From Malacoraja senta (lineage: Eukaryota): DNA of 64,000 bases. The stretch is from assembly GCA_038087875.1 (NCBI GenBank), contig JAXLNO010000446.1:310001-374000 (forward strand), in the 5' to 3' direction. Below the pieces are notes generated by a model that worked only from the letters and a program-made list of their open reading frames with translations, had not been told where the DNA came from and did not search any database. Numbering within the stretch: the stretch's first letter is position 1; each line of letters begins with the position of its first letter. Both the position numbers and the translations under genes were made by a program. Below are positions 26,501 to 39,354 of the stretch, piece after piece.

Positions 26501-28215
26501 AAGAACTCAACAATATTATGGTCACTCTTGCCCAAGGGGGCATGCACAACAAGACTGCTAACTAACCCTTCCTCATTACTCAATACCCAGTCTAGAATAG
26601 CCTGCTCTCTCGTTGGTTCCTCTACATGTTGGTTTAGATAACTATCCCGCATACATTCCAAGAAATCCTCTTCCTCAGCACCCCTGCCAATTTGATTCAC
26701 CCAATCTATATGTAGATTGAAGTCACCCATTATAACTGTTTTGCCTTTGTTGCACGCATTTCTAATTTCCTGTTTGATGCCATCCCCAACTTCACTACTA
26801 CTGCTAGGTGGCCTGTACACAACACCCACCAGCGTTTTCTGCCCCTTAGTGTTTCGTAGCTCTACCCATACCGATTCCACATCCTCCAAGCTAATGTCCT
26901 TCCTTTCCACTGCGTTAATCTCCTCTCTAACCAGCAACGCTACCCCACCTCCTTTTCCTTTCTCTCTATCCCTCCTGAATATTGAATATCCCTGGATGTC
27001 CAGCTCCCAGCCTTGGTCACCCTGGAGCCATGTCTCCGTGATCCCAACTATATCATAATCATTAATTGCTATCTGCACGTTCAACTCATCCACCTTATTA
27101 CGAATGCTCCTTGCATTGAGACACAAAGCCTTCAGGCTTGTTTTTACAACACTCTTACCCCTTATACAATTATGTTGAAAAGTGGCCCTTTTTGATTTTT
27201 GCCCTGGATTTGTCTGCCTGCCACTTTTACTTTTCACCTTGCTACCTATTGCTTCCGCCCGCATTTTACACCCCTCTGTTTCTCTACTCACACATTTAAG
27301 AACCCCACCACCTCTTATTCTCTGTTTATTATTGTTTTCTTCTTTCCCCCCTACATGTTGGGTCTGAGTGCTTTCCTTCTCTGCCTCCTGCCTCACACAC
27401 TGTCTAATAGCATTCTCTATTTGAGTCCCTCCCCCCAACCATTCTAGTTTAAAGTCTCCCCAGTAGCCTTTGCAGATCTCCCTGCCAGGATATTGGTCCC
27501 CCTCAGGTTCAAGTGCAACCCATCCTTTTTGTACAGGTCGAACCTTCCACAAAAGAGGTCCCAATGATCCAGAAATTTGAATCCCTGCCTTCTGCACCAG
27601 TCCTTCAGCCACGCATTTATCCTCCACCTCGCTCCATTCCTACTCTCACTGTCGCGTGGCACAGGCAGTAATCCCGAGATTGTTACCTTTGCTGTCCTTC
27701 TCTTTAACTCCCCTCCTAACTCCCTAAATTCTCCTTTCAGGACCTCTTCTCTTTTTTTACCTATGTCATTGGTACCTATATGTATCACAACCTCGGGCTC
27801 CTCTCCCTGCCCTTTCAGGATGTCTTGGACACGTTGAGACACATCACAGACCCTGGCACCAGGGAGGCAAACTACCATCCGGGTCTCCCGACTGCGTCCA
27901 CAGAATCGCCTGTCTGACCCCCTAACTATAGAGTCCCCTATTAGTATTGCCCTCCTCTTCTTTTCCTTACCCTTCTGAGCAACAGGACCGGTCTCTATAC
28001 CGGAGGCCCGGCCGCTGTCGCTACCCCCAGGTAGGCTGTCCGCCCCAACAGTGCTCAAACAGGAGTACTTATTGTCAAGGTGTACAGCCACCGGGGTACT
28101 CTCTAGTCCCTGCCTGTGCCCCTTGCCTCTCCCAACCGTGATCCACTTGCCTGCCTCCTGTGGTGTTGGAGTGACCACATCCCTGTAACTCCTCTCAATG
28201 ACTTCCTCGCTCCTC
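23586..28215 (-). mobile_element. Near full-length CR1 (ORF1 SGNH esterase + ORF2) with nested same-family insertion and internal deletion
   Basis: ORF1 27444-~28215 has GDSIVRG, PGAR, HIGTND, DGLHLN (GDSL/SGNH blocks). The APE domain is open to 26050; a nested 3' copy occupies about 25108-26048; ORF2 resumes at 25107; the RT core is missing at the 24411 junction. Confidence 0.93.
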
Positions 28216-28224
28216 ACAAAAACA

Positions 28225-28492
28225 AACAACAATAATAAAAATAATAGTTGATGTTGTCCAGAACTTATTGGGAGGTTGTTGTGTTCAAGAGCCTGATGGC
28301 TGTAGGGAGGAAGCTGTTCTTGAACCTGGAGGTCACAGTTTTCAGGCTCCTGTACCTTCTTCCCCATGGCAGCAGCGAGATGAGAGCGTGGCCAGGGTGG
28401 TGTGGGTCTCTGATGATGCTGGCTGCCTTGTTGAGGCAGCGACTCCTGTAGATCCCTTCGATGGTGGGGAGGTCAGTACCCATGATGGGTAC
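28225..28492 (-). mobile_element. Rex1/Babar LINE 3' fragment
   Basis: IYRSRCLNKAASIIRDPHHPGHALISLLPWGRRYRSLKTVTSRFKNSFLPTAIRLLN. Confidence 0.8.
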
Positions 28493-28630
28493 CAGTCTCT
28501 GTAGATGCCTTTGATGGTGTGGATGTGTGTCCCCGTGATGGACAGTGTCCACCAGTCTCTGTAGATGCCTATCATGGTGTGGATGTGTGTCCCCGTGATG
28601 GACGGTGTCCACCACTCTGTGCCGTAGACA
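28480..28630. repeat. About 60-bp tandem repeat (2-2.5 copies)
   Basis: ccagtctctgtagatgcc..atggtgtggatgtgtgtccccgtgatggac.gtgtccac repeated. Confidence 0.85.
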
Positions 28631-28675
28631 TGGCTGTCGTGTAACACTACATGTTGTGTGTTTTACTTGGTGCAG

Positions 28676-28796
28676 CTGCTACAGGCCGCCGTGCAGGGTG
28701 CGGAGGAAGGGGTGTAAACAAGGACTGTACTTCAGCGAGGAGGTGTGTAACTGTGTCCCCACGTACTGGCGGAGACCGTACCACGGCCACTACTGA
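28676..28796 (+). CDS. vegfc: VEGF-C last coding exon (exon 7 equivalent) to the stop codon
   Basis: Acceptor ttttacttggtgcAG, phase 2. Encodes (S)CYRPPCRVRRKGCKQGLYFSEEVCNCVPTYWRRPYHGHY*, matching the VEGF-C C-terminus SCYRRPC...SEEVCRCVPSYW. Confidence 0.95.
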
Positions 28797-29119
28797 CCGC
28801 CGCGGTTCTCCCGCCTGTCGGCCGCGGAGACGGCCGCTGGACTTTCACACGGACACCACCACCACCCAGAGGGAGGACACATACGTGACGAGCGGTGTGT
28901 GTCAGAGACACGGGAGGCCATGTCTCAGCGCACACGCTAACGACACGCTGGACCAACAGCAAGAACACGTGACCAGCTACACGGGACACCTCAATGCTCA
29001 GTGGGTCGAGGTCCTTGCAAGCTCAATTTTTTTTAAAGATAATGAATCTATATCTAATTTATTGCCACAGAATTCTTGTGCAACATTCCTGTCAGTAGCA
29101 GTTAACAACTGTAAGAGCT

Positions 29120-29127
29120 CACTGTGA
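29120..29127 (+). promoter_or_regulatory. miR-128 8-mer / miR-27 7-mer-m8 seed match
   Basis: CACTGTGA in AU-rich context 34 nt upstream of the polyA signal. Confidence 0.6.
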
Positions 29128-29160
29128 TCACTATTTTTATATCATGTACAATATCTTTAA

Positions 29161-29166
29161 AATAAA
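29161..29166 (+). promoter_or_regulatory. Polyadenylation signal of vegfc
   Basis: AATAAA followed about 10-25 nt later by gtgtattgtatgtgttgt (GU-rich downstream element). Confidence 0.8.
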
Positions 29167-29959
29167 AGACAAAAGTGTATTGTATGTGTTGTATCCATGA
29201 CAACACATCCACAGATATCTCTGCGTTACCAACTCATATGTGAGAGGAGCAGAATTAGGCCATTCGGCCCATCAAGTCTACTCTACCATTCAATCATGGC
29301 TGATCTATCTCTCCCTCCTAACCACATTCTCCTGCCTTCTCCCCATAACCCCTGACACCCGCACTAATCAACAACCTATCTATCACTGTATGAAAAATAT
29401 CCATTGACTTGGCCTCCACGGCCGTCTGTGGCAATGAATTCCACAGATTCACCACCCTCTGACTAAAGAAATTCCTCCCCCTCTCCCTCCTCAAAGATTT
29501 GGGGGGAAAACTAACAACTGTGAAGAAATATCATGTTTCACATAATAATGCCACAATCCAACACATTATTTACAAAATGGTCAATGCTTGAATAGAAATG
29601 ATGTGGGGAATAGATAGGGTAGATAGTCAGAACCTTTCTGCCAGGATGGAAAATCAAATAATAGAAGGGTTAAGGAGAGAGGGGCAAAGTTTAAAGGAGA
29701 TGTGCGGGACGAGTGTTTTACACAGAGGGTGGTGGGTGCCTGGAACATGCTGCCAGGGGTGGTGGTGGAAGCACATACGATAGTGGTGTTTAAGGGGCTG
29801 TTGTATAGGCTCATGGATATGCAGAGACTGGAGGGATATGGATCATGTACAAGCTGGTCAGAGTTGGTCTTGGCATCATGTTCAGCACAGACATTGTGGG
29901 CCGAAGGGCCTGTTCCTGTGCTGTACTGTTCTATGGAGTTTCCAGCAGCAGCAAAGGGT

Positions 29960-30325
29960 GTCACGGTGGTGCAGCGGTAGAGTTGCTGCCTTATAACCAT
30001 ATAACCATATAACAATTACAGCACGGAAACAGGCCATCTCGACCCTTCTAGTCCGTGCCTTAAAGCGCCAGAGACCCAGGTTCAATCCTGACCATGGGCG
30101 CTGTCTGTACGGAGTTTGCATGTTCTCCCTGTGACCGCGTGGGTTTCCTCCAGGTGCTCTGCTTTCCTCCCACATTCCAAAGACGTGCAGGTTTGTAGTT
30201 TTAATTGGCTTCTGTAAATTGTCCCTAGTGCATGTAAGATAGAACAAGTGTACGGGGTGATTGATGATCAGCGCGGACCCGGTGGGCTGAAGGGCTTGTT
30301 TCCACGCTGTATTTCTAAACCAAAC
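29960..30325 (+). mobile_element. tRNA-derived V-SINE (HE1-like), interrupted by a short antisense CR1 tail
   Basis: A-box tggtgcagcggtag, B-box ggttcaatcc, V-domain and CR1-like tail; insert at about 29992-30060. Confidence 0.8.
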
Positions 30326-30939
30326 TAAATCATCTTGACAACTTTCGCTTGGCAGTGAGTCTCGCAAAATACTGTGCTCATGAAAAATACCCCCGGAAAT
30401 GCCCAGCAGATCAGGCAGCTGCTGTGGAGAGGGAGACAAATAAGGATCAGGTCAATGATCTTCTCACAAGTAATATCGCCACATCGATGCCACGACCATC
30501 AACGCCTCTACTCCCTTGGAAGGCATAGGAAGTTCGGCATGTCCCCTACAACTCTCACCAACTTCTCCTCATGTGCCGTAGAAAGCATTACATCAGGATG
30601 GATCACAGCTTGGTCTGGGAACAGCTCCATCCAAGACCACTAGAAACTGCAGAGAGATGTAGATGTCGCCCAGACCATCACACAAACCAGACCCACCATT
30701 GACTCCATCGACACTTCATGCTGCCTACATGGTCAAGGATCATTCACACCCCGGTCATTCCTTCTTCTCCCCCCTCCCTTCATGTAGAGAGGCTTGATAG
30801 TGCGTACTGTCATATTCTTCCCTCTGTCATTGGACACTTGAATGGGTCCCTCGTATACAAGGAATGATTCCTCAATCTTCCAACCTACCTCCTTGCACCC
30901 TTGCGCTTTTCCCGACCAGGATGATCTCTGAAGATAAAA

Positions 30940-32840
30940 CACACGTCTCACAAATCTGAATGGTTTTTTTTAACATGTGACCAAAGCGGTCGATGAGGCC
31001 AGAGTTGTAGGCTGTAAATATCGATTTCAGTAAAGCATTCGACAGGGTTCCGCATGGTAGGCTGCTCTGGAAGGTTAGATCGCATGACATCCAGGGAGAG
31101 ATAGCTGAATGGATAGCAAATTGGCTCCATGGAAGGAAGCAGAGGGTGATGGTGGAAGGTTGCTTCTCAGACTGGAGGCCTGTGACTAGTGGTGTGCCTC
31201 AGGGTTTGGTGCTGGGCCCGTTACTGTTTGTCATCTACATCAATGATTTGGTTGAGAACATACAGGGCAAGATTAGTAAGTTTGCAGATGACACTAAAGT
31301 GGGTGGTATTAACGATAGCGAAGATGGTTGTGAAATATTTCAGCAAGATCTGGATCGATTGGCCAGGTGGGCAGGGGAATGGTTGATGGAATTTAATACA
31401 GAGAAATGTCAGGTGTTGCACTTTGGGAAGTCTAACAAGGGCAGGACCTACACAGTGAATGGTCGGCTTCTGGGGAGTGTTGTAGTGCAGAGGGATCTAA
31501 GAGTACAGGTGCTTGGTTCCTTGAAAGTGCCATCACAGGTAGATCGGGTGGTCAAAAGACTTCCGACACATTGGCCTTTATCAGTCAGAGTATTGAGGAA
31601 TTAACGGGTCCTTTTCAGAATGGCAGGCAGTGACTAGAGGGGTAGCGCAAGGCTCGGTGCTGGGACCCCAGCTATTTATAATATATATTAACGATTTAGA
31701 TGAGTGAATTAAATGTAACATCTCCAAGTTTGCGGAGGGCACAAAGCTGGATGGCAGAGTGAGCTGCGATGAGGATACTATGAGGATGCAGGTTGACTTG
31801 GATAGGCTGGGTGAGTGGGCAGATGCATGGCAGATGCAGTATAATGTGGATAAATGTGAGGTTATCCGCTTTGGTGGCAAAAACAGGAAGGCAGATTATT
31901 ATCTGAATGATGTCAGATTAGGAAAAGTGGAGGTGCAATGAGACCTGGATATGCTTGTTCATCAGTCACTGGAAGTAAGCATGCAGGTACAGCAGGCAGT
32001 GAAGAAAGCTAATGGCATGTTGGCCTTCATTGCAAGAGGATTTGAGTTTAGGAGCAAGGAGGTCCTACTGCAGTTGTACAGGGCCCTGGTGAGACCGCAC
32101 CTGGAGTATTGTGTGCTTTTTTTGTCTCCTAATTTGAGGAAGGACATTATTGCTATTGAGGGAGTGCAGCATAGGTTCACCAGGTTAATCCCCGGGACGT
32201 CGGTGATGCAAATTGTGATCCAACTTGCATCACCAGGATATGATGAAAGAATGGATCGACTGGGCTTATATTCACTGGAATTTTCAAGGATGAGCGGGCA
32301 TCTTATAGAAACATATACAATTCTTAAAGGATTGGACAGGCTAGATGCAGGAAAAATGTTCCCGATGTTGAGGGAGTCCAAGTTCAAGTTCAAGTTCAAG
32401 TGAGTTTATTGTCATGTGTCCCTGGTAGGACAATGAAATTCTTGCTTTGCTTCAGCACAACGGAACATAGTAGGCATTGACTACAAAACAGATCAGTGTG
32501 TCCATATACCATTCTACAAATATATACACACATGAATAAATAGACTGAACCAGGGGTCCAGATTAAGAATAAGGGGTCGGCCATTTAGGACTGAGATGAG
32601 GAAAAACTTCTTCACCCAGAGAGTTGTGAATCTGTGGAATCACAGAAGGCAGTGGAGGCCAATTCACTGGATGTTTTCAAGAGAGAGTTAGATTTAGCTG
32701 TTAGGGCTAACGGGATCAAGGGACATGGGGAGAAGGCAGGAACGGGGTACTGATTGTGGATGATCAGACATGATCATATTGAATGGCGGTGCTGGCTCGT
32801 AGGGCCGAATGGCCTGCACCTGTTTCTCTATGTTTCTATT
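30940..32840 (+). mobile_element. Two abutting CR1 RT fragments from different subfamilies
   Basis: GVPQGLVLGP..FADD (31146-31600), followed by a second [14 protein letters not shown] copy running to the 3' UTR; Rex1-type tail inserted near 32380-32545. Confidence 0.88.
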
Positions 32841-33069
32841 CTCACTCTGGTTATGACTGGTTCTGTTGAATGACCTGTTGTCATGAATGGTATAATCCAC
32901 CCGGCAACACGCAAGACTAAGTCTATCTTGTATCTCGGGTCACTGAGAAACTGTGATGCAACTTGCATACGTGTCCAAATTACCCGTTTAATGACATTAT
33001 GTTTTATTTACATATAATCAACAATGTATTATTATTTATTATTAATATTATTCAGTTAAATTGTTCATA

Positions 33070-33430
33070 AGTGATAGGAGCGGAATTAGGCCATTCGGCC
33101 CATCAAGTCTACGCCATTCAATAGCTGATCTATCTCTCTCAACCCCATTCTCCTGCCTTCTCCCCGTAACCCGTGACACCCGTACTAATCAAGAATCTGT
33201 CACTCTCTGCCTTAAAAATACCCACTGACTTGGCCTCCACAGCCGTCTGTGGCAATGAATCCCACAGATTCACCACCCTCTGGATAAAGAAATTCTTCCT
33301 CATCTCCTTCCTAAATGAAAGTCCGTTAGTTCTGAGGCTGTGCCCTCTGGTCCTAGACTCTCCCACTGGTGGAAACATCCTCTCCACATCCACTCTATCC
33401 AGGCCTTTCACTATTCGGTAAGTTTACATA
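33070..33430 (-). mobile_element. CR1 3' fragment
   Basis: KGLDRVDVERMFP..GEKAGEWG. Confidence 0.88.
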
Positions 33431-34369
33431 TAATGATGTATTATTATTTAATTAAATTATTGATTTATTACCACTGAGCCTGGAGTGGGAACTGGTTCTT
33501 TAGTTGAGTTTAGTTTATTGTCACGTGTACCGAGGTACAGTGAACAGCTTTTGTTGCGTGCTAACCAGTCAGCGGAAAGACAATACATGATTACAGTCGA
33601 GCCGTCCACAGTGTACAGATACATGATGAAGGGGATAACTTGATTAACGTTTAGTGTGAGATAAAGTGAAGTCTGATTAAAGGTTTTAAATATAAAAGGC
33701 TGATGCAGCATGTTTTTAATTCATTGTCACTTTAGAAGCTAGTGTCCCCCGGTTTAGTTTAGTTTAGAGATACAGCGTGCAAACAGGCCCTTCGGCCCAC
33801 CGAGTCCGTACCCACCAGCGATCACCAACGCTAACACTATCCTAGACAGTAAGGGACAATTTACAATTTACAAAATCAATTAACAGACAAACCTGCACGT
33901 CTTGGGAATGGTGCGTGCATTGTTGCCGGAGCTGCACAAAAGCCCACTGTGCCTCTTGTGCCAAAGTTACTGCCCGGTCAACGATTCCGTCAGCTTCAGT
34001 CTGTTTGGAGGATTGAAGCAACATTAATTGGTGGTGTTGCATTTGATTCCTGCACAAACAACCCCTTGCCAAAGTACACATCTGCGGAGAGATCCAATCT
34101 TCCCCGGCCCTGCAGGATACTTCAACAATTACTGAGGAAGTTTGCTTTTGTAACCTGCTCTGACTTCATCCTGACTGTAATCACCACCTTTTTCACATCC
34201 ACATCTAACATATTCTTTCCCTGCCACTATAGAACATCCTTTTTAATTCACAGCAAGGTAACAACACAATGAACTTCCAGAAAACTTCAAACTCAAGCTG
34301 TGTGCTATCCTTGGCTTTGTGGTAACACTTGCTCTTCTAGATAGGTCGATTATCACAAGGAACTGTAGA

Positions 34370-34640
34370 TGGACCGCTCTCTAGTTGGTGAGAGGATAGT
34401 TCAGTTGCCTGATAACAGCTGGGAGGGAACTATCCCTGAATCTGGAGGTGTGCGTTTTCACACTTCTGTACCTCTTGCCCAATGGGAGAGGGGAGAAGAG
34501 GGAGTGGCCAGGGTGAGACTGGTCCTTGATTATGCTGCTGGCCTTGCCGAGGCAGCGTGAGGTGTAGATGGAGTCAATGGAAGGGAGGTTGGTTTGTGTG
34601 ATGGTCTGGGCTGCGTCCACAATTCACTGCAGTTTCTTGC
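34370..34640 (-). mobile_element. Rex1-type 3' fragment
   Basis: LPSIDSIYTSRCLGKASSIIKDQSHPGHSLFSPLPLGKRYRS; another copy at about 35580-35980 (+). Confidence 0.75.
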
Positions 34641-36856
34641 TTCTTTGTTCAACATATAGTGTGTTGTGGATCAGCAGCGTGTTGGTAGATGTGGGGCAAA
34701 CACTGCTGCTTATTTGTGAAGCTCCATGTACTTCTGTGGGACAGCATTGGGTGTAGAAGTTGGGAGGTCACGTTGCAGTTGTATAACACTGGGTGAGGCA
34801 TCATTTAGAATATTGTTCAGTTCTGGGCACCATGTTATAGGAAAGATGTTGTCAATCTGGTAAGGTGTGCAGAGAAGATTCACAAGGATGTTGCCAGGAC
34901 TCGAGGGCCTGAGCTACAGGGAGAGGTTGAGTAGCCTGGGACTCTATTCCTTGGAGTGCAGGAGGATGAGGGGTGATCTTATAGAGGTGTATAAAGTCTT
35001 GAGAGGAATAGATCGGGTAGATGCACAGTTTTTGGGCCCAGAGTGGGGGAATTGAGGAGCAGAGGACATAGGTTTCAGAGTCAAGAGTGTTTCATTGTCT
35101 TGTGTCCAGATAGAACTATGGAATTCTTACTTGCTGCAGCTCAACACAATATGGAAACATAGTACTCTGTAAACAATATGATAAACGAGAGAGAGAAAAC
35201 AAGTTCAGTGTGTGTCAAGACAGTATGAAGGGGGAAAGATTTAATACAAATCTGAGGGGCAACTTTTGTACACAAAGGGTGGTGGGTGTTTGGAACGAGC
35301 TGCCGGAGGAGGTAGTTGAAGGGCCTGTTTCCACACTAAATGAGTCTCATTGTGAAGGTCTTCTTTGGCCCATGATAAGTTCACTTGCTGAATGAGGCAT
35401 GTGGACCATTAATGGTTCCGTTCACTGTGTGGTCACTATCTTATCACCGTCCACCCTAGATACGGAGAGTACAGGATTACTCAGGGGATTCCACTGCTGG
35501 GGATCTGGGATACCTCAACAGATAGTCATTGTCCAGCCCATGAGAGGCCTGGCCACTCCCTCTGCTCCAATCTCACACTGACTCCATCGACACCTCACGC
35601 TGCCTCGGCAAGGACAGCAGCCCAGACCATCACACAAACCAACCTCCCTTCCATTGACTCCATCTACACCTCACGCTGCCTCGGCAAGGCCAGCAGCATA
35701 ATCAAGGACCAGTCGCACCCTGGCCACTCCCTCTTCTCCCCTCTCCCATCGGGCAAGAGGTACAGAAGTGTGAAAACGAACGCACACCTCCAGATTCAGG
35801 GACAGTTTCTTCCCAGCTGTTATCAGGCAACTGAACCATCCTACCACAACCAGAGAGCAGTCCTGACCTCCCTTCCGCCCTTGGTCTATCTTTTATCAGA
35901 CTTTGCTGGACTTTATCTTGCATTAAACATTTTCCCTTTATCATGTATCTGTACACTGTGGACAGTTTGATTGTAATCATGCATTACATAGAAACTTAGA
36001 AAATAGATGCAGGAGGAGGCCATTCAGCCCTTCGAGCCAGTACCGCCATTCAATATGATCGTGGCTGATCATCCAAAATCAGTAATCCATTCCTGCTTTT
36101 TCCCCATATCCCTTGATTCCGTTAGCCCTAAGAGCTAAATCTAACTCTCTCTTGAAAACATCCAGTGAATCGGCCTCCACTGCCTTCTGTGGCAGAGAAT
36201 TCCACAGATCCACAACTCTCTGGGTGAAAATGATTTTCCTTATTACAATCCAAAATGGCTGACCTTTATTCTTAAACTGTGACCCCTGGTTCTAGACTCC
36301 CCCAACATCAGGAACATGTTTCCTGCATCTACCCTGTCCAATCCCTTAAGAATGTTATATGTTTCTATAAGATCCCCCCTCACCCTTCTAAATTCCAGTG
36401 AATACAGCCCAGTCGACCCATTCTTTCATCATATGACAGTGGGGTGGGAGATTGCAACCTTCACCTGGTCCGCCCTGTTTCGACAAATGCAATCAACCTA
36501 CAACTTTAGGCTGTGCATGCCGTATGCAAAAAGATGAAGAAGAAGATCATATGTCAGTCCCACCATCCCGGGAATTAACCTGGTGAACCTACGCTGCACT
36601 CCCTCAATAGCAAGAATGTCCTTCCTCAAATTAGGAGACCATAACTGCACACAATACTCCGGGTGTGATCTCACCAGGGCCTTGTACAACTGCAGTAGGA
36701 CCTCCTTGCTCCTAAACTCAAATCCTCTCGCAATGGCCAACATGCCATTTGCTTTCTTCACTGCCTGCTGTACCTGCATGCTTACTTTCAGTGACTGATG
36801 TACAAGGACCCCCAGGTCTCGTTGCACCTCCCCTGTTCCTAATCTGACACCATTCA

Positions 36857-37957
36857 ACTCTTCTGACAACTCGTCCCTTCCCACCTAAACCACCCCCTCC
36901 CCAGGTACTTTCCCCTGCAACCGCAGGAGATGCAACACCTGTCCCTTTACCTCCCCCCTCGACTCCATCCAAGGACCCCGACAGTCTTTCCAGGTGAGGC
37001 AGAGGTTCACTTGCACCTCCTCCAACCTCATCTACTGTATCCGCTGTTCCAGGTGTCAACTTCTCTACATCGGCGAGACCAGGTGCAGGCTCGGCGATCG
37101 TTTTGCTGAACACCTCCGCTCAGTCTGTCTTAACCAACCTGATCTCCCGGTGGCCCAGTACATCAACTCCCCCTCCCATTCCCAATCTGACCTTTCTGTC
37201 CTGGGCCTCCTCCACTGTCAGAGTGAGGCCCAGCACAAATTGGAGGAACAGCAACTCATATTCCGCTTGGGCATCTTACACCCCAGCAGTATGAACATTG
37301 ACTTCTCTAACTTCAAGTAGCCCTTGCTTTCCCCCTCTCTCCATCACCTCCCCCTTCCCAGTTCTCCCACTAGTCTAAAGGGCCTGTCCAACGGGCATGC
37401 GACTCCATGCGGCAAGCGCGACCTAACCGAAAGCGGGGGCCGCGTGGAGGTCGAGTGATCCCCCTACAGGGCCGGTCCCACCAGCATGCGGCTGCATACG
37501 GCAAGCGCGACCAAACCGGAAGCGGGGGCCGTGCGGAGGTCAAGTGAGTGACGCGGGAAGTTCGCGCGTGACGTATGGCGTCGAGATGCTGCTTACGGCA
37601 TCGAGACGCTGCGGGCCGGCAGGCCGTTGCCGCGCGGAATGTTTTAACAAGGTCAGTTTTTCGGAGCCCCGTGCGATGTCGGGACCAGCTCCGTACAACT
37701 CCATACGGCTCCGGCGATCGAAGTGGGACCGGCCCTGCGAGACCGTACGGCTCAAGCGACCACGTTAGGTTGCGCTAGCCGCATGGAGTCGCATACTCGT
37801 GGGACAGGCCCTTTACTGTCTCCGACTACATTCTATCTCTGTCCCGCCCCCTCCCCTGACATCAGTCTGAAGAAGGGTCTCGACCCGAAACGTCACCCAT
37901 TCCTTCTCTCCAGAGATGCTGCCCGTCCCGCTGAGTTACTCCAGCATTTTGTGTCCA
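36857..37957 (+). mobile_element. Penelope-like element 3' part: GIY-YIG endonuclease + terminal repeat
   Basis: CNRRRCNTC..FTCTSSNLIYCIRCSRCQLLYIGET..RFAEH..LHPSSMN is the PLE GIY-YIG with its Cys insert. Hammerhead-like motif at 37867-37894. Confidence 0.88.
37379..37812. mobile_element. Harbinger/PIF-like MITE nested in Penelope
   Basis: About 50-bp TIRs: agggcctgtccaacgggcatgcgactccatgcggcaagcgcgacctaac ... gttaggttgcgctagccgcatggagtcgcatactcgtgggacaggccct. Flanked by TAA/TTA; the empty site is visible in the 18670 copy (agtc-tga-ctgtc). Confidence 0.88.
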
Positions 37958-39354
37958 CCATTCAGATAATAATCTGCCTTCTTGTTCTTGCCACCAAAGT
38001 GTATAACGTCACATTTATCAACATTATACTGCATCTGCCATGCATCTGCCCACTCACCCAACCTATCCAAGTCACCCTGCAGCCTCATAGTATCCTCATC
38101 GTAGCTCACATTGCCACCCAGCTTTGTGTCATCCGCAAACTTGGAGATGTCACATTTAATTGCCTTGTCTAAATCGTTAATATATATTGTAAATAACTGG
38201 GGTCCCAGCTCCGAGCCTTGCGGCACCCCACTAGTCACTGCCTGCCATTCTGAAAAGGACCCGTTAATCCCTACTCTTTGCTTCCTGTCTGCCAACCAGT
38301 TCTCTATCCATGTCAATACCCTACCCCCAATACCATGTGCTCCAATTTTGCCCACTAATCTCTTGTCTATTGTCTTTCCGCTGACTGGTTAGCACGCAAC
38401 AAAAAGCTGTTCACTGTACCTCGGTACACGTGACAATCAACTAAACTGAACTAAACGAAGACTGGGACTTGCTTGCACAGTCAGAGGAGCTGATGTTTGG
38501 CTGTGGAAAGGCTGTCAAAGTTGTGATGAAGTGCAGGAGGAGAAAGTCAGGCAGAAAGCTTATCTGCGTACAGACTCCTTGAACCCATCAGATGAAGGCT
38601 GATGTAGCTGGCAGAAGTTTCAAGTCCTTGGCTCCAAACATGATGCTTGGATCCAAAATAAAATCTGACATTTCATTCCGTGAAAGACATTGCATGTGTC
38701 GAGTAATGTCACGGTCTAAGTACTGGAGGTTATAATGAATTTTCATGGATGATACCAGAACCTGTCTAAGAACGTGGCAAAGCAGAGGATGAAAACATGC
38801 AGTAGAACACCAACATCACTGGGATCAAAGGTAAACAAAAATGCTGGAGAAACTCAGCGGGTGAGGGAGGCAGCATGGACGGGGTGAAGGAATAGGCAAC
38901 GTTTCGGGTCGAGACCCTTCCCATCAGTCTGAAGATGCTGCCTCACCCCGCTGAGTTTCTCCAGCATTTTTGTCCACCTTCGATTATTCCAGCATCTGCA
39001 GTTCTTTCGTAAACATCACTGGAATCAAATCTCACTTTCAGAATTATTTCCAACTACATTTTATTGAGGAATAATCCAAAACTGATGTCGAATATATTTT
39101 GGATTCATTTGGAGTTTATATTACAAAATATTGGAATGAGTTAATTATTGTTACGTGGACTGAGATACAGTGACAAACTGTGTTTGTGTGTAAATCATAT
39201 TGTACATCAAACCATGCACAAGCACAACAGGTGAGACAAATAGCAGCATATAGTAGATACAACGGTACAGCACAGGAACAGGCCATTCGGCCCACAATGT
39301 CCATGCTGAACATGATGCCGTTAAACTGATCTCATTCCTCCATTCCCTGCATAT

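Larger units (their letters stand above)
28797..29190 (+). other. vegfc: vegfc 3' UTR
   Basis: Non-repetitive sequence after the stop codon, AU-rich distally, ending in AATAAA plus a GT-rich tract. Confidence 0.8.
35988..38365 (-). mobile_element. CR1 LINE split by a Penelope insertion
   Basis: RT 38355-37960 (..KADYYLNG) resumes at about 36855 (NGVRLG..); ccattca occurs at both junctions. Confidence 0.85.

Noticed and set aside
27444..28367. Host or horizontally acquired GDSL lipase gene
   Set aside because: Lies directly 5' of CR1 ORF2; SGNH esterase ORF1s are standard for vertebrate CR1.
29960..30095. tRNA genes
   Set aside because: tRNA-like A/B boxes are SINE heads continuing into the V-domain; no full cloverleaf.
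33910..34365. Unique segments as coding exons (also 38460-38830, 42452-42634, 53860-54160)
   Set aside because: Interrupted by stops or lacking paired splice sites, with no recognisable homology; they may still be regulatory.
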